64,000 nucleotides of DNA from the IMG/VR virus record IMGVR_UViG_3300030616_000250, positions 1-64,000 of that record; one strand, given 5' to 3'. Position numbers and translations under genes: made by a program. Numbering within the stretch: the first letter of the stretch is position 1; the number at the start of each line of letters is the position of its first letter. This stretch comes from a virus. Below, piece by piece: positions 46,288 to 56,906 of the stretch. The notes under the pieces were generated by a model. That model did not search any database. It was given only the letters and a program-made list of their open reading frames with translations, and was not told the DNA's origin.

Positions 46288-47915
46288 TGGGTTTTAATTC
46301 AGGAGCACCGGATTTAGGCAAAAACGGATGTACGCCGACTCTGCAATTTACCGATATAAGCGGAAATGCCAGACCCGGAGTGGACTTTGCTTACTCCATA
46401 GGTGCCGAAGAAATGCAGTATACGATTTTAACGAATCCTAATCCAGTAAATCCCTGGCCTGATTCCTATATAACGGGAGGTGGTTCTAAAGGAGACACAA
46501 ACGTACAGAGTAAGTATATATGGTATTTTGGGGACGGGGAGACCTCTACTGAAATAAATCCCTATCACATCTATAAAATGCCCGGTGAATACGAGGTAAT
46601 GAGAGTTAGAACCTGTCCCAACGGAATCACCGATATTAACTATTTGACCGTGTACGTCTACGAATTAGAGCGAATAGTAACGTATACCAATAAATGTATC
46701 AGAAGCGCAGTTACCCAGCAACAGGGCGTGGGTATGGTGGAGTGGGGAGGCGTTAACTGGTTATGGCCTGAAGCGTATGTGGGAACATGTAACGGATACG
46801 ACATATATAATGAAACTATTTCCTTAGTAATGGATACTTATTCGGGGATGCACTTTAGAATAGGAATTCCCGAACAGTGGTTAGACAGGTTAATGAACCT
46901 TGACTATCTCAGGGGGGGATATGAAATACCGACATGGTTCAGACTTCCCGAAAACACTTCCAAACAGGGAGAGTTTCAGGACATAGAGCATAATGAGTCT
47001 TATGTATACATGAAGCCCTTTTATAAAGAGGACAAGAACAAAGACGGTTACAGGGATGACGGATTCAGGGATGAATTTCAGGTGGGCGGTGTCATATACG
47101 AGGGGCAAAAAATTGTCCACAGTGATGACCTTAAAAGAGTTCCCCTGGAAGCAGACTGGGTATTTAGAAAGAAACTCAAAGCCAGACAATTACAATTAGA
47201 GATAAATACTACCACAAGCTCTTACAGGTGTACGGGTGTACAGGAAAGAGTAGTCGAACACGATGCAAAGCCGGGACCTTTGTTAAACACCAAAACAGAG
47301 ACCACTTTAAGAAGGGAATTTAAAACACCGGACTTCTGGATAGCACGGAATTCTCAAAATCCTTTAGTGAACAGGGCAACCGCTTTTACAGTTACAGGCT
47401 CTTATGACTATCTCAGTGAAGGGCCTGATAAGTATAGTAAATCAGCAATTGTTTTCGGAGCTTCGGATGGCTTAACAATTGACTTGAACACAGTTACAGA
47501 AAGCACTATATTACAATGGGTTAAGAGCCCCGTTGGTAACGTAAGTTTGTGGAGTTTTGACGGTAATCAGTCGATACGATTACACTATGAAAAGAACGAA
47601 TGGGTGGTTGATATAAACAACGGACATGAGACCCTGGAAGTAGGATTGGATTGGGACGGAAACAGTTGGATACTTCTTACTATAAAAACCAGTGGAGACA
47701 TGGTAAGGGTATATAAAAATAAAACGGATATGGGATGGCACAAATTCAGGTTTGGGAGTTACGGGCGAAACGCTGCTTTTATGAATAATTCCCAGGCAGA
47801 AGTTTATAGCATAAGACGGCTTCCGAGAACGGTATCCAAAGACGCTATTGACGACTATTACGAATCAGTTATTGAACATAGAGGAAATCGGGGATACGAA
47901 CCTGTTTACAAATAG
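46287..47915 (+). CDS. Virion protein: anchor-Q-like N-terminus, half PKD, nozzle-like C-part, LamG-like domain
   Basis: TDISGNARP..YSIGAEE; WYFGDGETSTEINPYHIY..PGEYEV; ARQLQLEI; TILQWVK..WILLT..VRVYKN. Confidence 0.6.
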   Translation: MGFNSGAPDLGKNGCTPTLQFTDISGNARPGVDFAYSIGAEEMQYTILTNPNPVNPWPDSYITGGGSKGDTNVQSKYIWYFGDGETSTEINPYHIYKMPGEYEVMRVRTCPNGITDINYLTVYVYELERIVTYTNKCIRSAVTQQQGVGMVEWGGVNWLWPEAYVGTCNGYDIYNETISLVMDTYSGMHFRIGIPEQWLDRLMNLDYLRGGYEIPTWFRLPENTSKQGEFQDIEHNESYVYMKPFYKEDKNKDGYRDDGFRDEFQVGGVIYEGQKIVHSDDLKRVPLEADWVFRKKLKARQLQLEINTTTSSYRCTGVQERVVEHDAKPGPLLNTKTETTLRREFKTPDFWIARNSQNPLVNRATAFTVTGSYDYLSEGPDKYSKSAIVFGASDGLTIDLNTVTESTILQWVKSPVGNVSLWSFDGNQSIRLHYEKNEWVVDINNGHETLEVGLDWDGNSWILLTIKTSGDMVRVYKNKTDMGWHKFRFGSYGRNAAFMNNSQAEVYSIRRLPRTVSKDAIDDYYESVIEHRGNRGYEPVYK

Positions 47916-47926
47916 AAATTATTGAG

Positions 47927-48832
47927 GTGATTATGTTATTAATACACAAAAGACCAAGTACGATAGCGGAGGAAATGTACCGCAACGAATCAGGACAGCA
48001 AATTGTAGCTGAAAGTCTTCATGTCTGTAATGTTTCCGGTGGAGATGTTGGCTTTTATGTCTATGTCGCAAGAGGAGAGAGTTTCGGCAGGGGAAACGCA
48101 ATTATTTACCATGAAGTATTAGATGCAGGGGGATTTGATATTATTTATTTCTCCCTTTCTGGATTGCAGATGTTTGACAATAGTATTGCAATTGGCGTTG
48201 GAGCGTCTACCCCGAAAACAGTTACCTTTACTTTGATGGGGTCAACGGTAGAACACAGGAATCCGAGATTGCTATAAATGAAAAAGTCAGAAATATATAC
48301 ACATAATGCGCCAAGGTTTCTTGACGCAAAATTAATGAAGGAGAATCCCGAAAAGGTTGCGAGTGATGCCAATAAAACATTCAAGGATTTATGGCAGAGA
48401 AATATCGACCACGAGAACAGGATAAGGTTTTTGGAAGAAGCTCTTGAGAAGTTAAAAAATATAAGACCATTTCCGAGGTATCCGGTATAAATGCAGACAT
48501 ATCAGGAAAATTTATTATTTCAACACAGGACAAGTTCTGTTAATGATGAATTTGTATGGCAATGCCCGGAATATAAGACGATTATTATTAAGTCAATAGT
48601 TATCGCCAATGTTACGGATGCTGCAATTACATATAGATTATTTATGAACCCAAGCGGTGTATCTGTGGGAATAGCGAACTCATTGGGATACGACATTGCA
48701 ATTTTAGCAAACTCCACTCAACTATGGAGAGGATTTGGTGGAATAACAAACCCCACTTCCGTTGGTGTACGATCAAGTGTAGCAAACGCTATTGTAATAA
48801 CAGGGTATGGCGTTATTATGGAGACAGGTTAA
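47927..48832 (+). CDS. Three small virion ORFs; 47927-48277 and 48491-48832 look paralogous
   Basis: Shared (I/V)xxS(L/I)x(V/I)xNV(S/T) and GV..S....TxxG patterns. Confidence 0.55.
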
Positions 48833-50721
48833 TGAAAGATATTCTATACTATCCTCCCAATTCAAGCCCCACCGCAAGTTGGTGGAACAGGTTTGTAGCT
48901 TATCTCACTCCCCGGATAGCGGGTGATGTTCTGGGTATGGGAGACGGGGCTGTCGGTGCGCCAGCGTATTCATTTGCGCTTGACTTTGATACTGGTATGT
49001 ATAGAATAGGAGCCAACAATATAGGCTTTGCGGTTGGCGGGGCACAGATAGTTGGGATAGAGGCGGGAAACCTTGATGTTGACGTGCCTATTTACAACAT
49101 AGACGGGGCGGCAGGGACACCGAGTTATACTTTTGACGCTGATGTTAACACGGGAATGTATAGAAATGCTAATGATGTAATAGGCTTTGCCGCAGGTGGA
49201 GCCGGAATAGCACTTATAACAAACGATGCTACAGCACCACAAATACTTCTTGTGGACGGCTCAGACGCTAATCCCGCTTACAGTTTTATAAGTGACAGAG
49301 ACATGGGAATGTACCGGATAGGTGCGGACAACATAGGATTTGCGGTAAACAATACTCTTGTCATGGGAATAGAGACCACGAATATAGACATAGATTTACC
49401 AATATATGCAGCAGATGGAGCAGTGGGAGCACCGAGTTACTCATTCGACTCAGACACCGATACGGGGATGTACCGATTTGGGGCAAACACAATAGGATTG
49501 ACAACTAACGGTGTTATAAGGCAAACGATTTCTACAACTGAAATACAAGACGTGCTTATACATTACTTTGTTGACGGAGCCGTTGGAGCACCGAGCATGG
49601 CTTTTTCAGGAGACCCCGATACCGGATTTTATAGAATAGGCGCAAATAATTTTGGCGTTTCAACCGGCGGTGCCCTTATAATGGGATTTGAGACTACCAA
49701 TATTGACGTAGACGTTCCCATATACGCAGCAAACGGAGCGGTAGGGACACCTTCTTACAGTTTTGATGCCGATACTGATTGTGGTATGTATTACTCAGCT
49801 ACACAGTTGAATTGGGCGGTAGCGGGTGTGCAGGAAATGTATTTAGATGGGACAAGGCTTACTGTTAATGGAGAATGCAATATTGCTACTGGTCAACATT
49901 ATGAAATAAATAGTATAGACGTTTTTTCTATAGATGGAACGTCAAATATTCTTTTGGGAGACTGTGCAGCTAATTATACTGGTAGTTATGGTGTTGCTAT
50001 AGGTGCTGGCTCTATGGGCGATAGTGGCGCTGGTTGTTCTGGTGATTATAATTTTGCGCTTGGTTATAATTGCTTAACAGCGTGTACCTCTGGCAATCAA
50101 AATATAGGAATCGGTGCACAGTGTTTTAATACTCTTAATACAGGAATATTTAATTGTTCTGTGGGTACTAATTCGTCTTATTCTATGACTTCTGCACGAT
50201 ACAATACTGCGGTTGGATTTCAGGCTCTTTATACAGTATTAACAGAGTGGGGCAACGTGGGAATTGGATTTAATGCAGGTCGCTATTATCGTGGGCAATA
50301 TAGTGTGTTAATAGGATATGAAGCGGGGAGAGGCGGAGCTGGGGCTACTTACACTGGAGCTGATTATAATGTTTGTATTGGTTATGGTGCTGGATGGAGT
50401 ATGATTACTAACCAAGACCATTGTGTTTTTCTGGGAAATAATGCAGGGTATTATGAAACCGCTGACGATAAATTATTTATTGACAACAGGGCAAGAACAA
50501 ATTTGGCTACTGGTAGATTAGAAGCTATGATATATGGAATATTTAATGCTACGGCAACAAGTCAAGAGCTTAGGTTTAATGCTTCTGTTTATATAAAGGA
50601 AGGGCCAGCTGGGGGTAATACCGATTATGCCGGATATGGACAATTATATTGCAAAGATAACGCCGGAACCACAGAGCTTTGGTTTGTTGATGACGCTGGG
50701 GCAGAAACCCAATTAGCATAG
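48832..50721 (+). CDS. Long tail fibre: six ~53-aa repeats plus YadA-head-like Gly repeats
   Basis: (D/N)GxxxxPxxxFxxDxxxGxY x6; NxxxGxxA repeats; start moved to in-frame ATG 48832. Confidence 0.85.
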   Translation: MKDILYYPPNSSPTASWWNRFVAYLTPRIAGDVLGMGDGAVGAPAYSFALDFDTGMYRIGANNIGFAVGGAQIVGIEAGNLDVDVPIYNIDGAAGTPSYTFDADVNTGMYRNANDVIGFAAGGAGIALITNDATAPQILLVDGSDANPAYSFISDRDMGMYRIGADNIGFAVNNTLVMGIETTNIDIDLPIYAADGAVGAPSYSFDSDTDTGMYRFGANTIGLTTNGVIRQTISTTEIQDVLIHYFVDGAVGAPSMAFSGDPDTGFYRIGANNFGVSTGGALIMGFETTNIDVDVPIYAANGAVGTPSYSFDADTDCGMYYSATQLNWAVAGVQEMYLDGTRLTVNGECNIATGQHYEINSIDVFSIDGTSNILLGDCAANYTGSYGVAIGAGSMGDSGAGCSGDYNFALGYNCLTACTSGNQNIGIGAQCFNTLNTGIFNCSVGTNSSYSMTSARYNTAVGFQALYTVLTEWGNVGIGFNAGRYYRGQYSVLIGYEAGRGGAGATYTGADYNVCIGYGAGWSMITNQDHCVFLGNNAGYYETADDKLFIDNRARTNLATGRLEAMIYGIFNATATSQELRFNASVYIKEGPAGGNTDYAGYGQLYCKDNAGTTELWFVDDAGAETQLA

Positions 50722-50729
50722 GAGGACTT

Positions 50730-51196
50730 ATGACAGACGAACAGAAACTAATGGAAACAAAAATGGCTTTTATTAATAAAATAGAATCAGTAAGTGATTG
50801 GGATACTTTTAAAACAGTGCTATCACAATTAACAAAGGCAAAGGTAATAACCTTTATTAAAAACAATTTGCAAAATTCACAGCAGGCTTATACTGATGCG
50901 GCGCAAAATTCAACGGATACCGCAAGTGATATTGGAGATTTAATAACTGAAGTTGACAACATATAACTGCCTACGGCAAGTTAAAAGGAGAAATTATGAA
51001 GAAGAAAAAATCAACACCACTATCAGCGGCACCACAACCTCAGATGCAACAGCCACAGGTGCCACAGCAGAATCTCAGCGTAGAACAAATGTTATTTCAA
51101 CTTAATATGCAGTTCGATAATATAAAGACATCATACAATAACATTATCTTGCAGCAAGACCAGAAGATAAGAGAGCTTATGCAGAAAAATAAATAA
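50730..51196 (+). CDS. Two small ORFs (50730-50966, 50996-51196), probable fibre accessory proteins
   Basis: RBS GGAGG/AAGGAG; position. Confidence 0.5.
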
Positions 51197-51219
51197 ATTT
51201 TTAACAAAAGGAGTTAAAA

Positions 51220-52500
51220 ATGGACTTTGAACGGCCTGTAAATGAAATCGGTTTGGGTAATTTATTTACCGGTTGTGTCCTGAGTAAATGGGATTCCCTG
51301 AACAGCCAATGGCTTCATATTCAATATATACCTGCATTTAGTTTGCCTTCATTTTTAAGCGGAGCAACAAATGTAGCGTCTTCTCAAAGTAGTCTTGGTG
51401 GTGTTAATCTGGATGCTGATACTGAATACATATATATGAATATGTCGATAAACAGTGATTGGTGTACACAAAAAACACCCTTTGTGGATATTTATTTTGA
51501 GACCGACCAGAGTAATTTAGAAGGCGGGAATGATGATATGGTTCAGTTTCAAATGTTATATCACATGAAAGGGATTCATGAAGTTGAGCAGAGAAACCAG
51601 ACCGTAATAACAAATGTTAAAATTGGCAAGGCGGCGCAGGGAACGCTGTTTCTTGCTACCTTTCCCGTTAATATTACAGGAAAAAACGCTATTAAAATAA
51701 ATGATGAAGTTGCTGCACGATTAAGTTTTGTGCAATCAGAATCGGCAGTAACAGATGTAATAGTATGTCAGATACACTGGCATTATTCTACAAACAAAAT
51801 TCATTTAGACAGAATCGGAGACCTTTCACATTAACAAAAGGAGTCAGATGTGAACTATCAATCACCAATCAACATACAGGGAGCACGTGCCCTGTTTTCA
51901 GACAATGTAATTGCAAAATGGCCTTCAATGGACGAAGACCAGTGGTATCGGTGGATGCTTATTGACGCGGCTGCTGCGAGTGTTCATGCTCAGGGAGCTA
52001 CGTTAACAGTTCCTACCACAAGAACAATCGGGGGTTATTCTCTCGATGCTTCGACAGAATATATCTATCCGTCAGTATATCTTATGGATGACTATGCGGG
52101 CGGGGCGATAAAGTTCTACACCTTTTTTGAGACGGGTGAAGACAACCTGCCGGGGCACCAGAGTGACGAGGTAAGGCTTGTGGCTAATTTCTTTTTTAAG
52201 AGTCTCCATAGAGACCTTGATGGGACGTTGTATCCTATCTGTAATACTTATGGGCCTGTCAATCACGATGTTAAGATTAAGCAGGCAAAAACATTCGAGA
52301 CCTATGTTTCTCTCCATGAGTTTTACGGGAACAAGGATGCGAAACCACGCTCAAATATGATTGTAAAGGCGCGTATCCATCTCGATACAACCCATTCAGA
52401 AGTAAGTGAAGTTATTGTCAATTATTTTCTCGTTGGCTACAAAACAAACACTGTTCACAATCGCAATATCCCACTGGACTGGCAGTCAAATTTGAGATAA
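51220..52500 (+). CDS. Tandem paralogous virion proteins (51220-51834, 51850-52500)
   Basis: GG(V/Y)(N/S)LDA(D/S)TEYIY, FET..N..G..D.V and VKI..A in both; both preceded by TTAACAAAAGGAGT. Confidence 0.65.
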
Positions 52501-52509
52501 GGAGGGATT

Positions 52510-52848
52510 ATGTCTATCAATGCGGATTTTCCTGCTGAACAAAGTATTGAAATACCAGATAACTGGGCTACTACTCATTCAAGCGGTATATTCTGGATAG
52601 CTAACCCAGACAGAGGCAGCGATAAGCGTTCTCATAATAAAGAGCAATTCAGGCCGAGGGGTATATTTGTAAGCACAAGAGATGGAACAGACGATACTAC
52701 ATGGGCTGAAGTAAATGGTATTCTTTGGGGTGAGAACGAAAACGACTACAAGACCAGAAGGCTCGCTTGTAATGTAGTACATCCAATTGCATATAAGGCT
52801 ATTAATATGCTTAAAACGAATGCAAGGGGGATTCAGATATTCGGTTAA
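52510..52848 (+). CDS. Hypothetical virion protein
   Basis: RBS AAGGAGG; RGIFV...VHPI...TNA pattern. Confidence 0.55.
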   Translation: MSINADFPAEQSIEIPDNWATTHSSGIFWIANPDRGSDKRSHNKEQFRPRGIFVSTRDGTDDTTWAEVNGILWGENENDYKTRRLACNVVHPIAYKAINMLKTNARGIQIFG

Positions 52849-52867
52849 TCAAATAAGGAATATTAAA

Positions 52868-55126
52868 ATGGGTAAATTTGATTGGGTTAAGGAGCATAAA
52901 CGACAGGCTCAGCAAGACAAGCGCCAGTCGCAGGTGGACTATACTGTCTCTCCGGTAAGCTCACGATTCGGTATGTGGCGAAATACAGGCTATGGGCCGG
53001 ACGGGATTAATCAGCCTAACATGCCTGCTATGCAAATGCAATCAGCGCGTGGGCCTGTTAATCTGCATGAGAGAGAACCATATAGACAGTTGCCGGATGG
53101 CTCTGTTCAGGTAGTATCTCAACGTGATTTACTGAGAGACGAACAAACGGGCAGGGCGGGCGGAATGCAACAGGGGGGTATTATATCTCCACGTAAGACT
53201 CCGGCAGCAAGGCAACCTTTTCAACCACAGCAAGTAGTTCCCGATGTCACGCCTGTGAATATAACGCAACCGCAGAATATTAAACCGATAGACATAACGC
53301 AACCGATAACACCACAGACACAGGATATAACACCCATACAGCCATTGCCAAAGACAAAAGACCCATTTGGTGAACCGGTAGGAGATGTCCAGGACATTAA
53401 TATAACACAGCCAAAGCCGGGACTTGCGGGAAGACCACCTGTTTCAGCAATCGGGACGGCACCGGATACTGTTACCGGAGTAATACCGGGAGCCGAACCT
53501 ACACCTACCCCACAACCGGAAGCGGACGTTACCACCGAACAGCAGGATTTCTACGAGAATATGTATAAAAAGGGTATGGGATGGGTAGAACAGATGATGC
53601 AGGGTGGAAGCCCCGCACAAAAAGCATTGTATCAGAAGTGGATGGATGATACCGCAGCGAGACAGGCTACTGAAAGACTTGTGGGGGCACAGCAGGCGGC
53701 ACAGGGCAGGCTCGGAGAGTCTACAGCAGCGGCAAGAGGGCTTATGATGCAGAGGCTACACGGTATCGAATTAGGCGATATCGCTGCTAAAGGAGGTATT
53801 GAACAGATGCAGGCAAGCGAAAGAGCGGCTGAAAAGTTAGCGGCGTTGGGACTTCAGGGAATGAACTTTCAACAGGCACAGGAGCAATTTGAATTTGCCA
53901 AAGACCAGTATGAATATGGAAAGCAGTTAGACACCATTAACGCTCTCTTAGCAGAAGGAGGAGAGGATAACTTCAAACAGGCAAGCCTTATGTTTCAGGA
54001 TATGTACGGAAAGGACATTGACTTCTCTAACAGTCTCACTCAGGAAAACATAGGCAAGTTTAATCAGGGCTGGAACAATCTCGGTGGACTCATAGCAAGT
54101 GGTATGTCATGGGAAGACGCAGTAAAAGTAATGCAACAGGACGGTACGTTAGACCTTCTTGGTTTGACTGAGGGTGATGTAGAAAGCATTTACAAGCAAC
54201 AGCAATTAATGAACGACCCTCTCTATAAGCAGATGCAAATGGTAGACACATGGATAGATCAGGGCTATATTGATGAAGAAGACAAGGATATGTGGCTTGC
54301 AATAATGGGTGATATGTTTAAGAATCCGGAAGGGTGGAACGTAGAAAACGGATGGGTTGTTAAAGACAAGGCTGGAAACGAGGTAGGATTTTTCACCGAT
54401 GAAACTGAAGCTGATGAGTTTATGAAAGATAATCCAGAATATTCTAAAGAATTTATGGAGAAACATATAACAAAAACAGGTGCGGGGCCGGGAAGTGGAA
54501 CCGGAACAGGAGACCAGACACCAAAGGAAAACTACGAAGACTTTCAAGCTTCTCATGTACCACAGGAAGAAATGGATTGGTTCACTCAGGACGTGTGGGA
54601 AGACTTAGATAAGCCTAAGACATGGGAAGAAGCACAGGAAAAGATGAAAGAAAAATACGGTGAGGTCTATGAGCTTTATAACAAGCACGACAGGGAAACC
54701 GACCTGCTTAAATCTGATGGCGGGTTCACTTATTCAAGTGACGAAATGGAAGAAATAGGAAAGGCTTTAGAAAATGACAATCCTTTTGTCCGGGAAAAGT
54801 ATGGTGTTCCGGAAGACCACGTATTTAATGATTTCATGGACAGAATCAGAGAGAATCCTGTAAGCGGAGAAGGGACGACCAAAAACCTTACAATGTCCGG
54901 TTCACAAGACGAACTAATGCCAATAAGCGAAGAGGAAATGAACCAGTTAAGGGGAAAAATGGTAACCTATACCGACCTGAAGGGAAACAAGAGACAGGTT
55001 ATAATAGATAGCTATGAAGAGGTTGCAGGAGAAGGAATCGCAGCAAATCAGGTAATGCAGAGATTCTGGGTAATAGATGCCAAAACGGGCAAAAAAGACA
55101 TGATACAATTAAGAACTTCAGTATAA
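52868..55126 (+). CDS. Internal virion / DNA ejection protein
   Basis: Gln/Ala/Met-rich helical core; P/Q/T-rich xITQP repeats; position. Confidence 0.6.
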   Translation: MGKFDWVKEHKRQAQQDKRQSQVDYTVSPVSSRFGMWRNTGYGPDGINQPNMPAMQMQSARGPVNLHEREPYRQLPDGSVQVVSQRDLLRDEQTGRAGGMQQGGIISPRKTPAARQPFQPQQVVPDVTPVNITQPQNIKPIDITQPITPQTQDITPIQPLPKTKDPFGEPVGDVQDINITQPKPGLAGRPPVSAIGTAPDTVTGVIPGAEPTPTPQPEADVTTEQQDFYENMYKKGMGWVEQMMQGGSPAQKALYQKWMDDTAARQATERLVGAQQAAQGRLGESTAAARGLMMQRLHGIELGDIAAKGGIEQMQASERAAEKLAALGLQGMNFQQAQEQFEFAKDQYEYGKQLDTINALLAEGGEDNFKQASLMFQDMYGKDIDFSNSLTQENIGKFNQGWNNLGGLIASGMSWEDAVKVMQQDGTLDLLGLTEGDVESIYKQQQLMNDPLYKQMQMVDTWIDQGYIDEEDKDMWLAIMGDMFKNPEGWNVENGWVVKDKAGNEVGFFTDETEADEFMKDNPEYSKEFMEKHITKTGAGPGSGTGTGDQTPKENYEDFQASHVPQEEMDWFTQDVWEDLDKPKTWEEAQEKMKEKYGEVYELYNKHDRETDLLKSDGGFTYSSDEMEEIGKALENDNPFVREKYGVPEDHVFNDFMDRIRENPVSGEGTTKNLTMSGSQDELMPISEEEMNQLRGKMVTYTDLKGNKRQVIIDSYEEVAGEGIAANQVMQRFWVIDAKTGKKDMIQLRTSV

Positions 55127-55135
55127 GGAGTCATT

Positions 55136-55492
55136 ATGGCATTAGCAACATTATTAGGTGCAGTTGTTACCTTTATAGGTGGTATGGTAGGCGACTCACT
55201 TGAAAGCCAAGACCTTGAACACGCACAGCGAGAGGCAAGGGCTATGGAAGCATTAAGGCGCAAAGACGAACAGGCAAGAATTGCAGCCACGGAGAGAATG
55301 GAAAAGGCAAGACTTGGACTTTCTAAAGAACAGCTTATGTTTCAAAAACGGGAAGCAAAAGAATCTCGCAAAGAACGTGCCTATGACCGTGGGGTAACTG
55401 CAAGGGAAAATCAGTTTGGCAAGGTTATGGGAATGTTGAATTCACAGGAAGTTTTGAAAAGTAACTTTTTAAATAATTTTATGAGGAGATAA
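55136..55492 (+). CDS. Small ejection (pilot-like) protein
   Basis: N-terminal hydrophobic Gly/Ala helix followed by coiled coil. Confidence 0.55.
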   Translation: MALATLLGAVVTFIGGMVGDSLESQDLEHAQREARAMEALRRKDEQARIAATERMEKARLGLSKEQLMFQKREAKESRKERAYDRGVTARENQFGKVMGMLNSQEVLKSNFLNNFMRR

Positions 55493-55493
55493 T

Positions 55494-56906
55494 ATGCCTT
55501 ATAATCCCGCACAATATGTTAGACCAAGAACGGGAATCAGAGCAGGAGCAGCGGCTTTAGGTGGTGCAATTGCACAAATCCCCGGTGAAATACGTGCCGA
55601 CAGGGAATACGAATATCTACAGGAACAGCGCAGAATAGCCGTAGAGGAAGCTAAGAAAAACTGGAGCGACATGGAGCTTACATGGAAGACACTTAAAAAG
55701 CAGTATGGCGCTATGGTACAACCACTACTCGACTCTAACCAGATGACCTTTGATGAATACAGCACCAATATTAGCATGATTCCACAGCCCACACAGGTCG
55801 ACAAAAAAAATCCCGGTCAATATATAGATAGGCTCACACAAGCCTATGGGTCTATTGTAAAAGACGCTAAGAAACGCATACGCACACAGGAAGTGGCACC
55901 ACAGGTGCAGACAGCCATACAAGGTGGTGAGACTCCTGAGAGACAAGTAACCGAAACCACAGGATATCAGCCTGCTGCAAGAGAAGGCGCGGCGTATGTT
56001 CCATCAAAAGCTGAAGGTGCCCCGGCAGGTGCTTATAGTTCAGAAGGTGGACAAGTAGGTGGATTTACTAAATATGAACCTACCTTTGGACAAAAAACTT
56101 TACCTCCAGAAAAAGAACCCGCAGCACGAACAAAAGAAGAAGCTTATGGTAGACTCCCCGCAGGTAGAGGAATTACAACTACAGAGTTTGAGGAATTCGG
56201 TGGGAAGTATTTGCCTACAGGAATGGATATTAAAAAACAAAAAGCTAATGAAGAATATAAAAGAAAAATGTTGGCAAGAGGGTATGGGAAGGATGCGGTT
56301 GACAATGCCTTAAAAGAATTGGATTTATTAAGAAAATTCAGAAACGACGATACCCGCGTTGAATTGTCCCTTGAAGATGATAAGAGAATGCTTACTTCTT
56401 TGAAAAGCCGTGTGCAAAAAGGTGATGCTTTAACTCCTGATGAAATTCAACAATTAACCGAACAGGGCATAGACCCACTAACAGTACAACAGGGCGGAGA
56501 AGACTTGGCGGTAGAAATAGGAGACATAATTAAAGATACCGATGGAAAACTTGGAATTCAAAGACAAAAGTCAAAGAGAACAGAAGAGGCAATAAGATTA
56601 AAAGCAGAAAATCCCAATGCTGATATTCATGAAATAATAAGCGAAACACAAACAACACAATATCCTCAAGGCGCACCTACTATAAAAAGCCCGCTTGGTG
56701 TACCTCCGGCAGCAGGGGGAAGAAAGCAAATAGGTAGACAGGGAACGGTAGCCGGGAGACAGGGAATACAAACACAAAAGCCCCCTTCGGCACAACCCAT
56801 AGGCAAAATGGAGCAGGCTATACGAGACACACTATCGAAAAAAGGTGTAAGCCCACAAGTAATTGAAGATTACATAGCTGAAAAGAAAGCGAAAGGACAG
56901 CTATAG
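55494..56906 (+). CDS. Internal virion / ejection protein
   Basis: GAAALGGAIAQ N-terminus; coiled coil; position. Confidence 0.55.
   Translation: MPYNPAQYVRPRTGIRAGAAALGGAIAQIPGEIRADREYEYLQEQRRIAVEEAKKNWSDMELTWKTLKKQYGAMVQPLLDSNQMTFDEYSTNISMIPQPTQVDKKNPGQYIDRLTQAYGSIVKDAKKRIRTQEVAPQVQTAIQGGETPERQVTETTGYQPAAREGAAYVPSKAEGAPAGAYSSEGGQVGGFTKYEPTFGQKTLPPEKEPAARTKEEAYGRLPAGRGITTTEFEEFGGKYLPTGMDIKKQKANEEYKRKMLARGYGKDAVDNALKELDLLRKFRNDDTRVELSLEDDKRMLTSLKSRVQKGDALTPDEIQQLTEQGIDPLTVQQGGEDLAVEIGDIIKDTDGKLGIQRQKSKRTEEAIRLKAENPNADIHEIISETQTTQYPQGAPTIKSPLGVPPAAGGRKQIGRQGTVAGRQGIQTQKPPSAQPIGKMEQAIRDTLSKKGVSPQVIEDYIAEKKAKGQL

Noticed and set aside
48900-49800. CRISPR array or DGR template/variable repeat
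   Set aside because: The repeats are in-frame protein repeats with synonymous divergence; no constant repeat/spacer pattern and no cas or reverse transcriptase gene in the window.
50961-50986. Mini AAC...GTT hairpin (ATATAAC-TGCC-TAC-GGCA-A-GTTAAAA) as a further attC-like site
   Set aside because: Only 26 bp with no room for inner L boxes; could be an ordinary intergenic hairpin.
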